Shown here piece by piece: positions 51,042 to 64,000 of a DNA stretch of 64,000 nucleotides. The notes under the pieces were generated by a model. The model saw only the letters and a program-made list of their open reading frames with translations. It did no database searches and was not told the DNA's origin. How positions within the stretch are numbered: position 1 is the first letter of the stretch; the number at the start of each line of letters is the position of its first letter. The position numbers and the translations under genes were made by a program. Source of the stretch: Chiloscyllium plagiosum (lineage: Eukaryota); NCBI RefSeq assembly GCF_004010195.1, contig NC_057718.1, forward strand, positions 52,532,254-52,596,253. Direction: 5' to 3'.

Positions 51042-52798
51042 GGTTAAAAATCACACAACACCAAGTTATAGTCCAACAGATTTAACTGGAAACACTAGCT
51101 TTCAGAGCGCCGCTCCTTCATCAGGTGGTTGTGGAGGACACAATTGTAAGACACAGAATTTATAGCAAAAGTTTACAGTGTGATGTAACTGAAATTATAC
51201 ATTGAAAAATACCTTGATTATTTGTTGACTCTTTCATCTGTTTGAATACTATGATAGTTTCACTTCTTTCATATGTAAATCACGAAACTTTTTTTAAAGT
51301 TACGTTGTCAGGTTAACTGTAAAATTGGTGTTAGCTAGACAATATATTGAAGGTGTTAGCCCCCTGTATTCTCTTTCTGTGCCATAATGTTTAGACTGAT
51401 TCTAATGTAAAAAGTGAGTTAACAGAGTCCTTCATGAATTGATGCAGTCCCCGAGCAAAGCACAATGCAACTCTGCAAGTCCAAATTCACCCCACAAACG
51501 TATATGTATATGTGTGCATGTGTGTGTGTGTGTGTGTGTCTGTCTGTCTGTCTGGGGTGGGGGGTTGTGAGTGTGAGAGAGAGAGTGTAGAGTGGTCTAA
51601 GTCTGTGAGAGGATGCATATGTGAGTGTGGGAGTCTGTGCGCCTGTAGGGGTGTGTGTGAGTGTCTGTGTCTATGTGTGTCTGTGTGTATGTGTGTGTAT
51701 AGGAGTGTGTGTGTCTACGTATATCCGTGTGTATGTGTGTATATAAGAGTGTGTGTGTATGTAGGAGTGTCTGTGTGTGTGTGTGTATAGTACAATGGTG
51801 GTCACCTGTAGTGTGACATGAACCCAAGGTCCCGGTGGAGGCCCTCCCTATTGGTACAGAGCTTAGCTATCAGCCTCTGCTCAGCCACTTTTCGCTGCTG
51901 CCTGTCCTGAAGTCCACCTTGGAGGATGGTCACCCAAAGGTCCGAGATTGAATGTCCTGGACTGCTGAAGTGTTCCCCAACTGGGAGGGAACTCTCCTGT
52001 CTGTTGATTGTTGTGCGGTGCCCATTCATCCATTGCCGTAGCCTTTGCTCGGTTTCCCCAATGTACCAAGCCTCAGGGCATCCTTGCCTGCAACGTATAA
52101 GATAGACAACGTTGGCTGAGTCACATGAGTACCTGCCACGTACATGGTGGGAGGTGTCCCCATGTGTGATGGTGGTATCCATGTCCACACTCTGACACGT
52201 CTTGCAGTGCCTACCGTGACAGGATTGTTTGGAGTTGTCCTGAGAGCCGGGCAGCTTGCTACGAACAATGATCTGTTTGAGGTTTGGGAGTTGCTTAAAG
52301 GTGAGCAGTGGGGAAGGTCTTGGTGAGGTGCTCATCCTCTTTGGTAATGTATTGCAGGTCACGAAGAACATGGCGTAGTTCTTCAGCTCCTGGGAAGTAC
52401 TGGACAACAAAGGGTACCCTGTCGGTTGCAGCACATGTCTGTCTCCTGAGGAGGTCATTACAATTCCTTGCTGTGGCATGTCAGAACTGGTGGTCGATGA
52501 GTTGAGCATCGTACCCCATTCTCATGAGTGCATCCCTGAGTACTTCCAAGTGCCCATCACATTCCTTCTCATCTGAGCAAATTCAGTGTACGCATAGGGC
52601 TTGTCTATAGGGGATGGCTGTTTTAATATGTTTTGGGTGGAAGCTGGAGAAGTGTAGCATTGTGAGGTTGTCTGTGGGTTTGCGGTAGAGTGTGGTGCTG
52701 AGGTGCCTATCCTCGATGGAGATTCATGTGTCCAAAAATGAGACAGATAGTCAAGGGTAGTCCATAGTGAGTTTGATGGTGGGATGAAACTTGTTGAT
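51042..52798 (-). mobile_element. 5'-truncated Penelope-like retroelement (family A): RT C-terminus, GIY-YIG endonuclease, (CA)n-rich 3' region and terminal hammerhead motif
   Basis: ORF 51802-52509 has CKTC...YSCDSANVVYLIRC...WYIGETEQRLRQWMNGHR...VGEHF (PLE GIY-YIG). 52510-52798 translates with stops to INKFHPTIKLTMD...LYRKPTD...HPKHIKTAIPY (PLE RT end). Disrupted. Confidence 0.92.
51093..51127 (-). ncRNA. Minimal type I hammerhead motif at the 3' end of the family A Penelope element
   Basis: Reverse complement reads CAC-CUGAUGA-A-GGAGC(ggc)GCUCU-GAAA-GC-UA-GUG, on the same strand as the PLE ORF. Confidence 0.75.
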
Positions 52799-54883
52799 TT
52801 TTTGGGGGATCCAGTGATGAGGTTTGTGTGGACCCAGATTCAGGTGGCAAAGGCCTTCCTGCTTTGAACTCCATCAAACTGCAATTTTATGTTGAGGCTA
52901 ATTAATGGCTGTCAAGTGGGGCTTTGTCAACCTCTCAAATTCCAGGGACAGACCTTGATATGGCAGTCACACTGTCACCCAACACAGAAGGATGTACTGC
53001 TGACATGTTTGAAAGCCACCATTACCCAAACCCTAATTTAAGTGGAGGCCTCCAAGAACCTGGCAGCCCACCCATCCTCCCTTCATAGAATCTATAGAAT
53101 CATGGAATTCCTATAGTGTGGAAGCAGGCCATTCAACGCATCAAATCCACATCGACCCTGGGAAGATCATCCCACCCAGACCTAACCTCTGTGATCACCA
53201 GCAATCCTCACAAGGAAATCAAAGTGGGCACAGTAGAGGCAAGGTTCCAAGTGACAGAAGACAACAAGAATATTACTGAATTCAGTTTTCTCGCACCTTT
53301 GAGAAATTAAGGATTGAACAAGATTATATCTCGATTTGGAACTGGTAAAGTTGATTTTGAGCAGTTTGAAAGATTGCTGCATAAGTGCACATCATGTTCT
53401 GGTACTGCTCAGTGAGCCAGCACAATGTCTAATTAAGAAAAAAGGACTGATGATGCATTTGAAGACATTGGAGAATTCAACCCTAACAAAGAGAACTGGC
53501 ATATTCACAACTAAAACTTATATTTTGTCTGAAAAGAAAGGAGTGTATGTTTTCCATTCCATCTTGGGGCTAGATCAATGTTGCTTATGAAACTCCAGAG
53601 TGATCGAAAATGCTGAAACTAATGAGATTCTGAACTTATATTATCATAAGACTAAGAATGAAATTGCACAAAGACTTATGTTCCATCAAAGAAAGCAGTT
53701 ACAAAGTGAAATTGCTAAGAATTAAAGTAAATCTGCTGTTGCTCTGGATATGAACATCAAAATCAACATTCAAGACACATCTGTATGAGACCTAAAGAAC
53801 AATGCAATCCACATCAAGCTTTTGAGGAAAGGCAATAGCTGATGTGGAAGGAACCTGGTGATGAGGCCACAACCATAGGAAATCCAGAAAGTTAAAATTA
53901 CCAGCTGTAAGCATTAAAAGTATGTATATATTTATGGACTATGAGAAACTGGGATATGGAACCGTTTGGGCATTCCTGGGCTTTATCATATATGATTTCT
54001 TGGAAAACATCAAGAATCAAGGAGAACTGTGGGTTATTTGTTGTTTGCTGGTAAAAAAAAAACAATTTTAGAAAAGAAGACAACCCATAGCTTTAAAAGA
54101 GTTTAGAGATTGCTTTCAGTCCTTAATGGCTTGGCAAGTACACATAAAAATAAATCCTTGGATTTATGCTGCCATCACCATGTATTAGCCTCTGGACCTT
54201 TGGTTTCTGTTTTGTTACAGGCTTGGGAGCAGTTGGCAGTTGGATGAAGGCTGACAGAACTTTGCAATCTCTCTGTCTGTCTGTAAATAAAACATAACCC
54301 TTGTAAGAAAATCAGCTGTGAGAGAATTATTTTCAGGGATGTAAGGCGGGGCAAAAATCCCCATTAGCTTGTGGATGCACCCTGGAGTAAAACCCTCTGA
54401 ATTTTGGACACCAATTTATGGAAAGTGCTAAAATTTAATGAATGCTTGCACTAGAGAAGCTATGGGCCTCAACTGAACCAGGGAAGGCTGCTTGGGACAA
54501 ACCGGCACCACTCCCCACCTCTTCCTCCGCTACATTGATGACTGCATTGGCGCCACCTCGTGCTCCCGCGAGGAGGTTGAGCAATTCATCAACTTCACCA
54601 ACACATTCCACCCTGACCTTAAATTTACCTGGACCATTTCCATCTCCATTAATGACGACCGACTTGACACCAACAATTTTTACAAACCCACCGACTCCCA
54701 CAGCTACCTGGATTACACCTCTTCCCACCCTACCTCCTGCAAAAATGCCATCCCCTATTCCCAATTCCTCCGCCTCCGCCGTATCTGCTCCCAGGAGGAG
54801 CGGTTCCACCATAGAACACACCAGATGGCCTCCTTCTTTACAGACCGCAATTTCCCTTCCCACGTGGTTAAAGATGCCCCCCA

Positions 54884-55406
54884 NNNNNNNNNNNNNNNNN
54901 NNNNNNNNNNNNNNNNNNNNNNNNNNNNNNNNNNNNNNNNNNNNNNNNNNNNNNNNNNNNNNNNNNNNNNNNNNNNNNNNNNNNNNNNNNNNNNNNNNNN
55001 NNNNNNNNNNNNNNNNNNNNNNNNNNNNNNNNNNNNNNNNNNNNNNNNNNNNNNNNNNNNNNNNNNNNNNNNNNNNNNNNNNNNNNNNNNNNNNNNNNNN
55101 NNNNNNNNNNNNNNNNNNNNNNNNNNNNNNNNNNNNNNNNNNNNNNNNNNNNNNNNNNNNNNNNNNNNNNNNNNNNNNNNNNNNNNNNNNNNNNNNNNNN
55201 NNNNNNNNNNNNNNNNNNNNNNNNNNNNNNNNNNNNNNNNNNNNNNNNNNNNNNNNNNNNNNNNNNNNNNNNNNNNNNNNNNNNNNNNNNNNNNNNNNNN
55301 NNNNNNNNNNNNNNNNNNNNNNNNNNNNNNNNNNNNNNNNNNNNNNNNNNNNNNNNNNNNNNNNNNNNNNNNNNNNNNNNNNNNNNNNNNNNNNNNNNNN
55401 NNNNNN
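54884..55406. other. Assembly gap (about 523 N)
   Basis: N run inside a Penelope element. Confidence 0.99.
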
Positions 55407-55573
55407 ACCTGCCTATCTCCTTTTCCACCTATCCACTCCATCCACTCCACCCTCTCCTCCCTGACCTATCACCTTCATCTCCTCCCCCACTGACCTATTG
55501 TACTCTATGCTACTCTATCCCCACCCCCACCCTCCTCTAGCTTATCTCTCCACGCTTCAGGCTCTCTGCCTTT

Positions 55574-55609
55574 ATTCCTGATGAAGGGCTTTTGCCCGAA
55601 ACGTCGATT
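55574..55609 (+). ncRNA. Minimal type I hammerhead motif at the 3' end of the family B Penelope element
   Basis: AUUC-CUGAUGA-A-GGGC(uuuu)GCCC-GAAA-CG-UC-GAUU, downstream of the YIDD RT on the same strand. Confidence 0.75.
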
Positions 55610-56019
55610 TCGAAGCTCCTCGGATGCTGCCTGAACTGCTGTGCTCTTCCAGCACCACTGATCCAGAATCTGGTTTCCAGCATCTGCAGTCATTGTTTTT
55701 ACCAAACTGTGTAATACACAAGCCTAGGGGCAGCTGTCTGGAACAGAGGTTAGCTTGAAAATCTAAAGCAAGACCCTCATTCACGTCCCAGCTTAAGACA
55801 ATAAAATCCAGACTGCAGAACAAAACAACTTCAGACCTTCCGGAGTCAACAGAGGTACACGCCATTCAACTCTTGATCAGTGCTCGGGCACAGAAACACC
55901 ATTGTGCTACATGTAAATCTAACCTTTGGCCATAACAGCCTTCATGCTACTAATCAAACTTTTAATTAACACCCATTCAATACAGGACATTCCAAACCAT
56001 TGAAAACAGTGATTTTATA

Positions 56020-56318
56020 AACCTCTATAACGTCATCCATCAGCCTCTGACACTTCAGCGAAAACAACCCCAGCCTATTTAGCCTCTCTCTCTAGCTCAA
56101 ATCTTCCAATCCTGGCAACATCCTTGTAAATCTTTTCTGAACCCTTTCAAGTATCACAACATCCTTCTGAAAGGAAAGAGACCAGAATTGCACGCAATAT
56201 TCCAAAAGTGACCTAACCAATGTTTTGTACAACCACAACATAGCCTCCCAACTCCTCTATTCAATGCTCTGACCCAATAAACAAAAGCGTACCAAATGCC
56301 TTCTTCATGATCCTATCG
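56020..56318 (-). mobile_element. CR1 fragment
   Basis: Reverse complement encodes LVRSLLEYCVQFW...LERVQKRFTRMLPGLE. Confidence 0.85.
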
Positions 56319-58472
56319 GTGAGACATGCATTTCAATGAACAATAGGTGTTATTTGGTTGCCAGGACATGGATCTCTTTGCATCTGTTCAGGAGCTGTCC
56401 TGATCCTCATTGATGGGTTGTGAGGAGCCAAATATCAACCCAACAACTCTTTCAGCTCTGCCATGGGCTTTTATCTCTTGTAGAGAGAGAAAGGGAGTGA
56501 TTGAATGGGATGACATTGGTAGGCATTGTTGATAGTGTTGGTGCAGATGGGGGAAAGCTAGTGAGGTGTGCAAAGGGCCCCCATCCATCACCTCAGAAGA
56601 GCATAAATTCTCCAGAAAAAGTATTGTAAAGACTACATTCCATCACCAGCCTAGATACTGCCACCTTGGTGGGTATTTTATCTAGATCAGAGTCAGCAGC
56701 ATCTGCAGGTGAGCATTTCACTGCCACATCTCCATAACTGATCAAGGGAGAAGCAGCCCAAAGTCACTGGCACTTGGAGTATTGCCAAAAACCAGCTAGA
56801 GATGGCTCCCTGGCATTGGCAATCAGGGGTTTCATCGCAATTCCCACGTAGACAGGTGAGCTACAGGCAGGTTTGTCAGAGTACCGGGCAACAGATGCAT
56901 GACTGCAGAAACACAGTTGGGACGCTGCTGCCTCAGGCATATGACTTCCTCCAGGACAAGTTGGTGGCTGCCATTGGGAGCCAGTCCAGCAGTCTCAGAA
57001 CCTGCTGAATATGAGGATGGATATGTACCCCATTATCCTAACCACTGGTGCTCACCGCTAATGGCAAAGCGACAGAGGAACAAGGGACCATGAGTTCACT
57101 CTAGTGCTCCATGTTCACAAGCAGGGAGAGGTGCGCCATTGGGCACCCAACCAGAGGAAAAAATACATTAAGATTCCTGGAGGTTTCCTCTCAAGACACC
57201 TTAGGAGTTGCCATGTTTTTCATAAACACCCTGCCTGCAAATCTCTGTCCTATCAGAGTCCAGGCTGAGGAAGGGAGGCACATTCACCTTGGCAAGGACA
57301 TATTCAGCATTTATGGACCCTCTAAACACCAGCACTCTGGGTATAGTTGTATAGGGTTTCTTGCCAATGTTTGACTTTGAGACTTCATAGTGTCCAAGGT
57401 CAATGCTGAGGACTTGTCACAGTTCATCCAATTTTGGCACAAGCCTCTGGATGTTCCTTAGGACAACTTTGTGTCAGCTTGATGGTTTGATACAACTGAG
57501 CAGCTTGCTAGGTCAAATCACATAATTTTTAAGAGTCAACCACTTTACTGTGAGTCTCTCTTTATTATTCTTTCATGCTATGAGGCTACCATTGGCAAGG
57601 CTAAAATTTGTGGCCTATCCCTAATGCAATCACATGTAAGTCAGACTCGGCAAGGAAGGAAGATTTCCTCCTCCAGAGGAAATTTGTAAATGGAGACAGG
57701 TTTTTACAATAACCATTACATGTTCATTGTTATGTTAGCTTTAAATTCCAAATTTTATTCAATTCAAATTTAACTCAATTCAAATTTCACTGTCAGCCAT
57801 TGTGGATTCAAATCTGTATCACACAAAACATTCACCTAGGTTTCTGGATTAAATGTAAAGTGACATTAAGACTATGCCCCTTGTCACTACTCCCCCTATC
57901 GACTACTCCATCCAAGTCAAATCTAACTTTTTTCTGAGAAGTCCTCTTGCAGAAAATAGACAGTATAACTCCTTGCTTCTGTAATATTAGTTTCCATTTC
58001 AGTTCTCTTTATGTTTCTCTTTTGAATTCACCAGGCATCTTTCTTATAGAAATGTTTCCGTACACATTCATTTTCATTTCATGTGGCTTCGATCACCAAT
58101 GAAATAACTCTAATCACTTCCTCACCATCCAAATTCCACACCTTCCTCCTTCCCCGCTACCGCTTCCAGCACCCACATCCTGACCATATATAAACTTTCA
58201 ACCAGGTCACTTTCAATTACTCAGACTTCTACCTGTCTAGCTTGTGGTTGCTGGTCCAAAATCTTTAGTTGCTTCATTAAAAGGATCTTATATTTATCGT
58301 AAAGTCAGAAGTGGTACAGTTCACAAGGTTTTAATAGTGAAAGAACACACTATTCTGCAGCACAAGTTGGACAATATCCATATTTTGGCTGAGAAGAAAA
58401 ATCAATTCAATTTAATAAATCTCTCTAAAAAGTGGAAGTACAATCACCTTCCCATTAGTTTCAATTTCACTT

Positions 58473-59126
58473 TGTTATGGACCAGGCCAGACCTCCTCAA
58501 AACATTCCAAGAAAGAAGCCCAGACCCTAACTTTGTGAGCTGTTTTAAGTAGGTGCAGCACAGATATTCCAGGAGGGATGCAGCTGACCAACCCACTTGG
58601 TTTTAAATAAAACAGAATTTATTTATAAGATTACTGAATGAACCATTATCAAAAGAAAACAGATTACAGAAGAACTTAACCTATCTGAAAACCCAACAGT
58701 TTATACCAACGTAATGATTCTGTTCTCAATACTTGCAACAATCCCCATAAATCCTCTTGGTACAAAAGGTAAAATCAAACAGAGGGCCTTACAGGAGAGA
58801 TGTCAGAGAGAGAAAGAGAGGGTGTGCATGGATCTGCTTCTCTTGGATCCAGCAGCTTCACAACTGTCTGACTGCTTTCAGTGAATGGCCAGACTGCCAA
58901 AAACCAAATCAAACCAGAGAAAAGCTGAGCTGGGAGAACTGGCCGCTCCTGTTTCATTGAACAATTTTTTTATACTTAAAAGCCTTTTGCCTGAGGCAGT
59001 ATCTGTTGGCTATAATCAAATTTGCCCTAAAACTCTTCAAACTTAGACTTTTCTATGTCTTTTATGACTTCTATGAAAAATGTGCCAAGAAGATCATAAC
59101 CTTCTTAAAGGAGCTGCATCATCACA
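58473..59126. mobile_element. Probable solo LTR
   Basis: TG...CA ends with an imperfect inverted repeat (tgttatg / catcaca); 4-bp flanks actt / gctt. Confidence 0.55.
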
Positions 59127-60899
59127 GCTTCCATTGGACCATTCTGATTGTGGACTGTACAATCTTTGCAAGTAACTAAGTAGAAGAGCAACAGTATTTC
59201 AGGGAGATCAACACCTCGACACTTCTCTGTTGCTCATGCACCTTGCTAACCTTAGCATAACTTGCGACGACTACATCATAATTAAATCATTTCCTTATCA
59301 ATCACCATTTTGAAAGCATCAATGCCCTAAGGACTATAATATTTATTAAGGCTTCAACTATCTTTACAGCACAATTAACGATTGAAAGTAAAATATAAGG
59401 GTGGGTAATAAGTGTAGAATCTTTACAGAATTGTTCACATCTTGAAAATACATTTAAACAATGCAAATTATCAATTGTCAATTTATCAATTTGTTCAGCA
59501 TTACTCTTCATTGTCAATGATGCCAGATTCGTGCCTCCATCTTTAGTCCCACATGCTCAAGGAGTACAAACTTGAATGAACCTGATGTACATCTGGCTTA
59601 GCCATTGATTACCAGATATGACTAGATCACATTTAACTCTAAGAAAACTTTATGTAGTCTGACAAAAAAGCTCACCACTCTCAGATATCCCAGGAGAACA
59701 GTGTTAACTAATCCCTTATTTTCTCTACTACAAACCATCTCCCTGCAACCTAGCCCTTATCAACAAGTGCATGGAGATTGTGGGCTTTATTGTTACCAAT
59801 ATGGAGAGCAATGCTTTCTCCATCTCCATTACACACACAAACCACACCACCAAAATTTCAGATATCAAGCTTTTTGAAATATCCGGAGATTGTGGAAGGT
59901 ACCAAATAAAAGCAATATCTTTCATCTGCTTGCTTTCAAACTTCCAAAAACTGCTAGCATTACATTTTCCTCAAAAAAAACCTCAATCATTTTTTTTCTT
60001 TGTCAACCGTCATCCTTCCTTCCCTCTCTGAAGTCACTTAACTTATTACTACCTCTCAGACCAACATTAATTTCTCCCACATCTCCCTGTTTAAATCTCT
60101 TTAGTTAAGTTTTCCTCATTTTCCCTACATACAGCACTGAAAATGCTGCAATCATTTTATTATGTGCCGTTTATTATTACTATGATTATGGTACATTATC
60201 AAACCCTATCCTGCTTCATAATAGTTTGAGCAGTTGACTACCATCCTTTTTGGAATACTCTCCTCCAATCTTTAATCCTGCCTGGTTTCAACTGTTATTG
60301 TGTATTCATAGCAGTGAATTCTCATCCTGTCCCTATCAAGTCTTCATGATAGTTCTTAAAGGATCCTTTTTCTTTACCCTTATATACACATGGCTAATAG
60401 TGAGCAAACATATGGAAAATGGATGTCATCATTATCATTCACACAACAGCAATATATTCACAATGAGAACCTTTCCACAACTTCTATACCCCTTGTCAGT
60501 CACTGCAACAGTTCCAGACTCATTGAACCAAAAATTGCTCACAATCTCATATTCAATTCACATCCAAGATAAGTCTGTGAATCTAAATCGTCCAAAGCAC
60601 AAAATATGCTTACTTCAACATCTAGAATATCAACCACCTTTTCCCACACTTCAGCCCATCTGTTGCTGACTCTGACTCATACCTAGGTCATCTCCAGGCG
60701 TGACAATTTCAGTGCTCTGCTAGCTAGTCTGCTATTACCAATCCTCCATAAAGCTCATTTAATACTCTGCTGCCCACAACTTTATAAACAACAATCCCTG
60801 TCCTGACGAACCTACTATGTCTTCTGGTTCCAGTATTGCATACATAATATTCATATCTGCCTGTTTAAATCCCTGCAATGATATCACCTTGCCTTTTTG

Positions 60900-62350
60900 T
60901 TTTTTCTAACACTTGTTCATGTTATGTGGGCACCAGTGACAGTGTCAGTATTGATGACCTATCCCTAATTGCTCTTGAGTATTAGTGATGAGTCACCATC
61001 TTAAATTACCGCATTCCTAACGGTGTGGATATACACCCATACTGTTTGGTAAGGAGTTCCATGACTTTTACCCAGCAACATTGTAGAGCCAACATTTTCT
61101 TTATAAGTTAGGGTGAAGTATGGCCTGGAGGAAACTTCAGACTGCAATGTTCTCCAATGTTTCCATATCCTTTTTGTAACATGGTTAATGGAACCGTATA
61201 TAATATTTTTCAGTATGGTCTTATTAAGGCTTTTTTTAAAACTCATCAGATGTAGACATTGGTGGCAGGGTCAGCACTTGTTGCCCATTCCTAGCTGGCC
61301 ATAAGAAAGAGGGAATGAACTGCCTTCTTGAACCGCAGAAACACAATTGGTTTAGGTGCACCAACAATACCACTTGGCAAGGAGTTCCAAGATTTTGATT
61401 CATCAGCACTGAAGGAATGACGTATTTCCAAGTCAGGATGGTGAGTGGTATGCAGGGAAACTTTCAGATGATGGTGTTTCCATATGCCCGTTGCTCTTGT
61501 CCTTTTCGGTGGCAGTGACTGTGGATTTGGAAGATACTGACTGAGCAGCGCTGTCAAATTTCTGTAGTGCATCTTAGAGATGGTATACACTGCTGCTACT
61601 GAATGTCAGACATGGAGAAAGTGAATGCTTGTATATGCAGTGTTGACCAAGTGATCTGCTCTGTTCTGGAAAGTGTTAAGCTTTTTGTATGTTCTTGGAA
61701 CTTCACACAACCAGGCAAGTGAGGAATATTCCATCATACTTCTGACTTGAGTCTTGTAGACAGGTTTTGGAGATTCAAGAAATGAGTTACTCATTGCAGA
61801 ATACCTTTTCTCTCACCTGCTCTTGCAGCCACTATATTTAAATGGCTACTCTACTTCTGTTTTTAGTGAATAGTAACCCCCATAATGTTGATAATGGCAG
61901 ATTCAGTGATGATATGCCATTGAAAGTCAAGGGCTGATGGTTGCATTCTCTCTTGCGAGAGATAGTCATTGTCTGGCATTTGTATAGCATAACCTTCACT
62001 TGCCAACTGTCAGCCTGAAACTGGATATTTTCTAACTGTTGCTGCATTTGGACATGGATTGCTTAAGTATTTGAGAAGGGTCATGAATGCTGTTGAACAT
62101 GGTGCAAACATCATTGAAAATCTCCAATTCTGGCCTTATGATGGAGGAAAAGTCACTGATGAAACAGCTGAAGATGCTCATCTGCTTCTCTGAGTAATTC
62201 CAGCAGAGTTGTGGGGTAGCTGAAATAATTGACCTCTGACTCTTTTGTGCATCTTTTGTGCCTGATGTGACCATTGGAGAGTTTTCTCCCTAATTGTAAT
62301 TGAGATCCTTGATGACACACTCTCTCAATAGCACCTTGATATCAAGTGTT
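60900..62350 (-). mobile_element. Old CR1-clade LINE 3' fragments
   Basis: YKTQVRSMMEYSSLAW and KSWNSLPSGIVG in the ORF track; similar to 8425-9340. Confidence 0.75.
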
Positions 62351-64000
62351 GTTTGAATACACTGTTGATGTAGGTTTAGCCTAAGTCCCTACTTTACAAT
62401 TCCATACTTCCAGGAATAAACCCAAGGGCTTGGTTTGTGTTCTTTTCATGACTTTGCTAAACTTTGGCCTAACTTTTTGTGACTAATGTCTGTATAGTCC
62501 AATATCCTTTCATGCATTTGCCTTACCTTGATCTGTACCTTCCATGTTATAGATAGCATTCTTATTTGTCTCACCAAAATGTATTACATCATGTCTACCT
62601 ACGATGAACTTCACAATTATTTGGCTATTCTGCAAGTTTATTAATGTCTTCCTGAAATTTATTGCAGTCAAGAAGTGAGGCACTGGAGAAGCACAACTGG
62701 TCAGGCAGCATCCGCGGAGCAGGAGAATCGATGTTTCTTGCAGCTCTCCTTATAATGCTGAATGCTACTTGGATCTTATTCTATGTGGCATGGACTGCTC
62801 CATTATCTTATCTCATGATTGCTCTTTTCTTGGCATGCAGGGTCTTGGAGAATGCTTAAAGTGAACTCCTCTGTGAAAGAGATAGGGCTAGAATTCAAAG
62901 TAATTATTTATTTATATTATGTTAAATAAAGATTAAGTAAGTTTGATGATGCTGCTGTGAAGGTAAACTTTGTTCTGACCTCTTAACAGTGTGATCACTT
63001 GGCTTTGTGCAATGTTTTGTTTTCTGCTGTTTCTATCTTGTAGCTTCACAAGATCAGTACTGCATTTTTGTTTTGTACTTGGTGCTGTCTCCCATTTGGG
63101 ATGATAGAAGCAATTGCTGAACTCAGAATTCCTATGTTTCTGATGCCTTGTGCTCCCCATGCCACCTCCCTTTCTCCCATAAAGATGTTTTGTCAAATTA
63201 ACTTCTTTCAGCATTATAGTCATCCATCCTAATCTATTATTTTTAAACTTTGACTTTGAAAAGCATTTTGAATATTTTTCCATGCTAAGGCCACTATATA
63301 AATGCCAGTTGATTTGTTGTTGACCAAATCTAATTGCCATGTGTCATTGCCAATGGCAATGAAAGTCACCACAGCCTGAATTTTATGTCTCAGGGTCATT
63401 CTGGGTAAACATAAATTACCTGTGCAGCTTCAGTCAGTTTAATACGTAGAGATACATCACAGAAATGACAGATGCCTTGATCCACCAGGTCAACAATTTC
63501 ATGTTGTTTTTAGTGGACAATGAAATCTGCAAAATACTGTTGTATAGATTGGCTTCTCAAGAACGTGGATAGTCACTGATGCATATACGTTACCATTCAA
63601 AGCCCACAGCAAAATGTCTTTCATAGCACCAGAACACACCAACATTCCATCTCTCCTAACCCCAATCTAAGTGCGTTTTCAGAAATTCTCCACTTGACCT
63701 TGCTATTTTTCCAAATTCAACTCTTCAAATTGCCCATGGAGTGGACAAGATAGTTTGATTGATGAAATAAAAATGATCAAAGGTCCTGATAGTCCCTTAA
63801 CAGATTTTCCAATCCAAACAAGCAGGATCTTTGTCCCAATTTATTTGGTGCAAAGTCACTATTTTTCCTAAAAATTAATATGAGAACATTTTAAAATCAC
63901 TCCAGTGGTATATACGTTTTGTCAATTTGCTCTCACATGCTTGTCTTCCAGAGAAACCTTACATGCTCAAAGAAACATATGGAAAGCATAAATGGTCTTG

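Larger units (their letters stand above)
54494..55703 (+). mobile_element. 5'-truncated Penelope-like retroelement (family B): RT fragment, gap, 3' terminal repeat with hammerhead motif
   Basis: ORF reads FLRYIDDCIG...FTNTFHPDLKFT...YKPTDSHSYLDYTSSHP...AIPYSQFLRLRRICS (PLE RT). After the gap comes the same terminal repeat as at 14993-15413. Continuity across the gap is assumed. Confidence 0.88.

Noticed and set aside
53330..54060. Gag-like fragments (RLMFHQRKQ)
   Set aside because: Too decayed to delimit or assign with confidence.

Overview
Eukaryotic genomic DNA, most likely from a shark (inferred from HE1-type tRNA/CR1-tail SINEs, abundant CR1 and Penelope repeats), with two N-gaps. The only convincing host gene is the 5' end of an alpha-neurexin on the minus strand. 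It has a CpG-rich promoter and non-coding exon near 44.1-44.45 kb and a first coding exon (signal peptide, LNS1, EGF1; 41050-40330, phase-1 donor). Bases 1-40329 are therefore probably its intron. The protein has NRXN1-type motifs mixed with NRXN2/3-like residues, so it may be an extra neurexin paralog. The rest is nested transposon debris (SINEs, CR1, L2, decayed Gypsy elements, Penelope-like elements). The most notable non-coding signal is a set of minimal type I hammerhead ribozyme motifs in two Penelope families, plus decayed copies of a possible third, arranged as palindromes, tandems and tiny TSD-flanked inserts. There is also an apparent composite non-autonomous element carrying a 34-bp VNTR. 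All calls come from reading the sequence by eye; no searches or folding were run, and repeat boundaries are approximate unless a junction is quoted.
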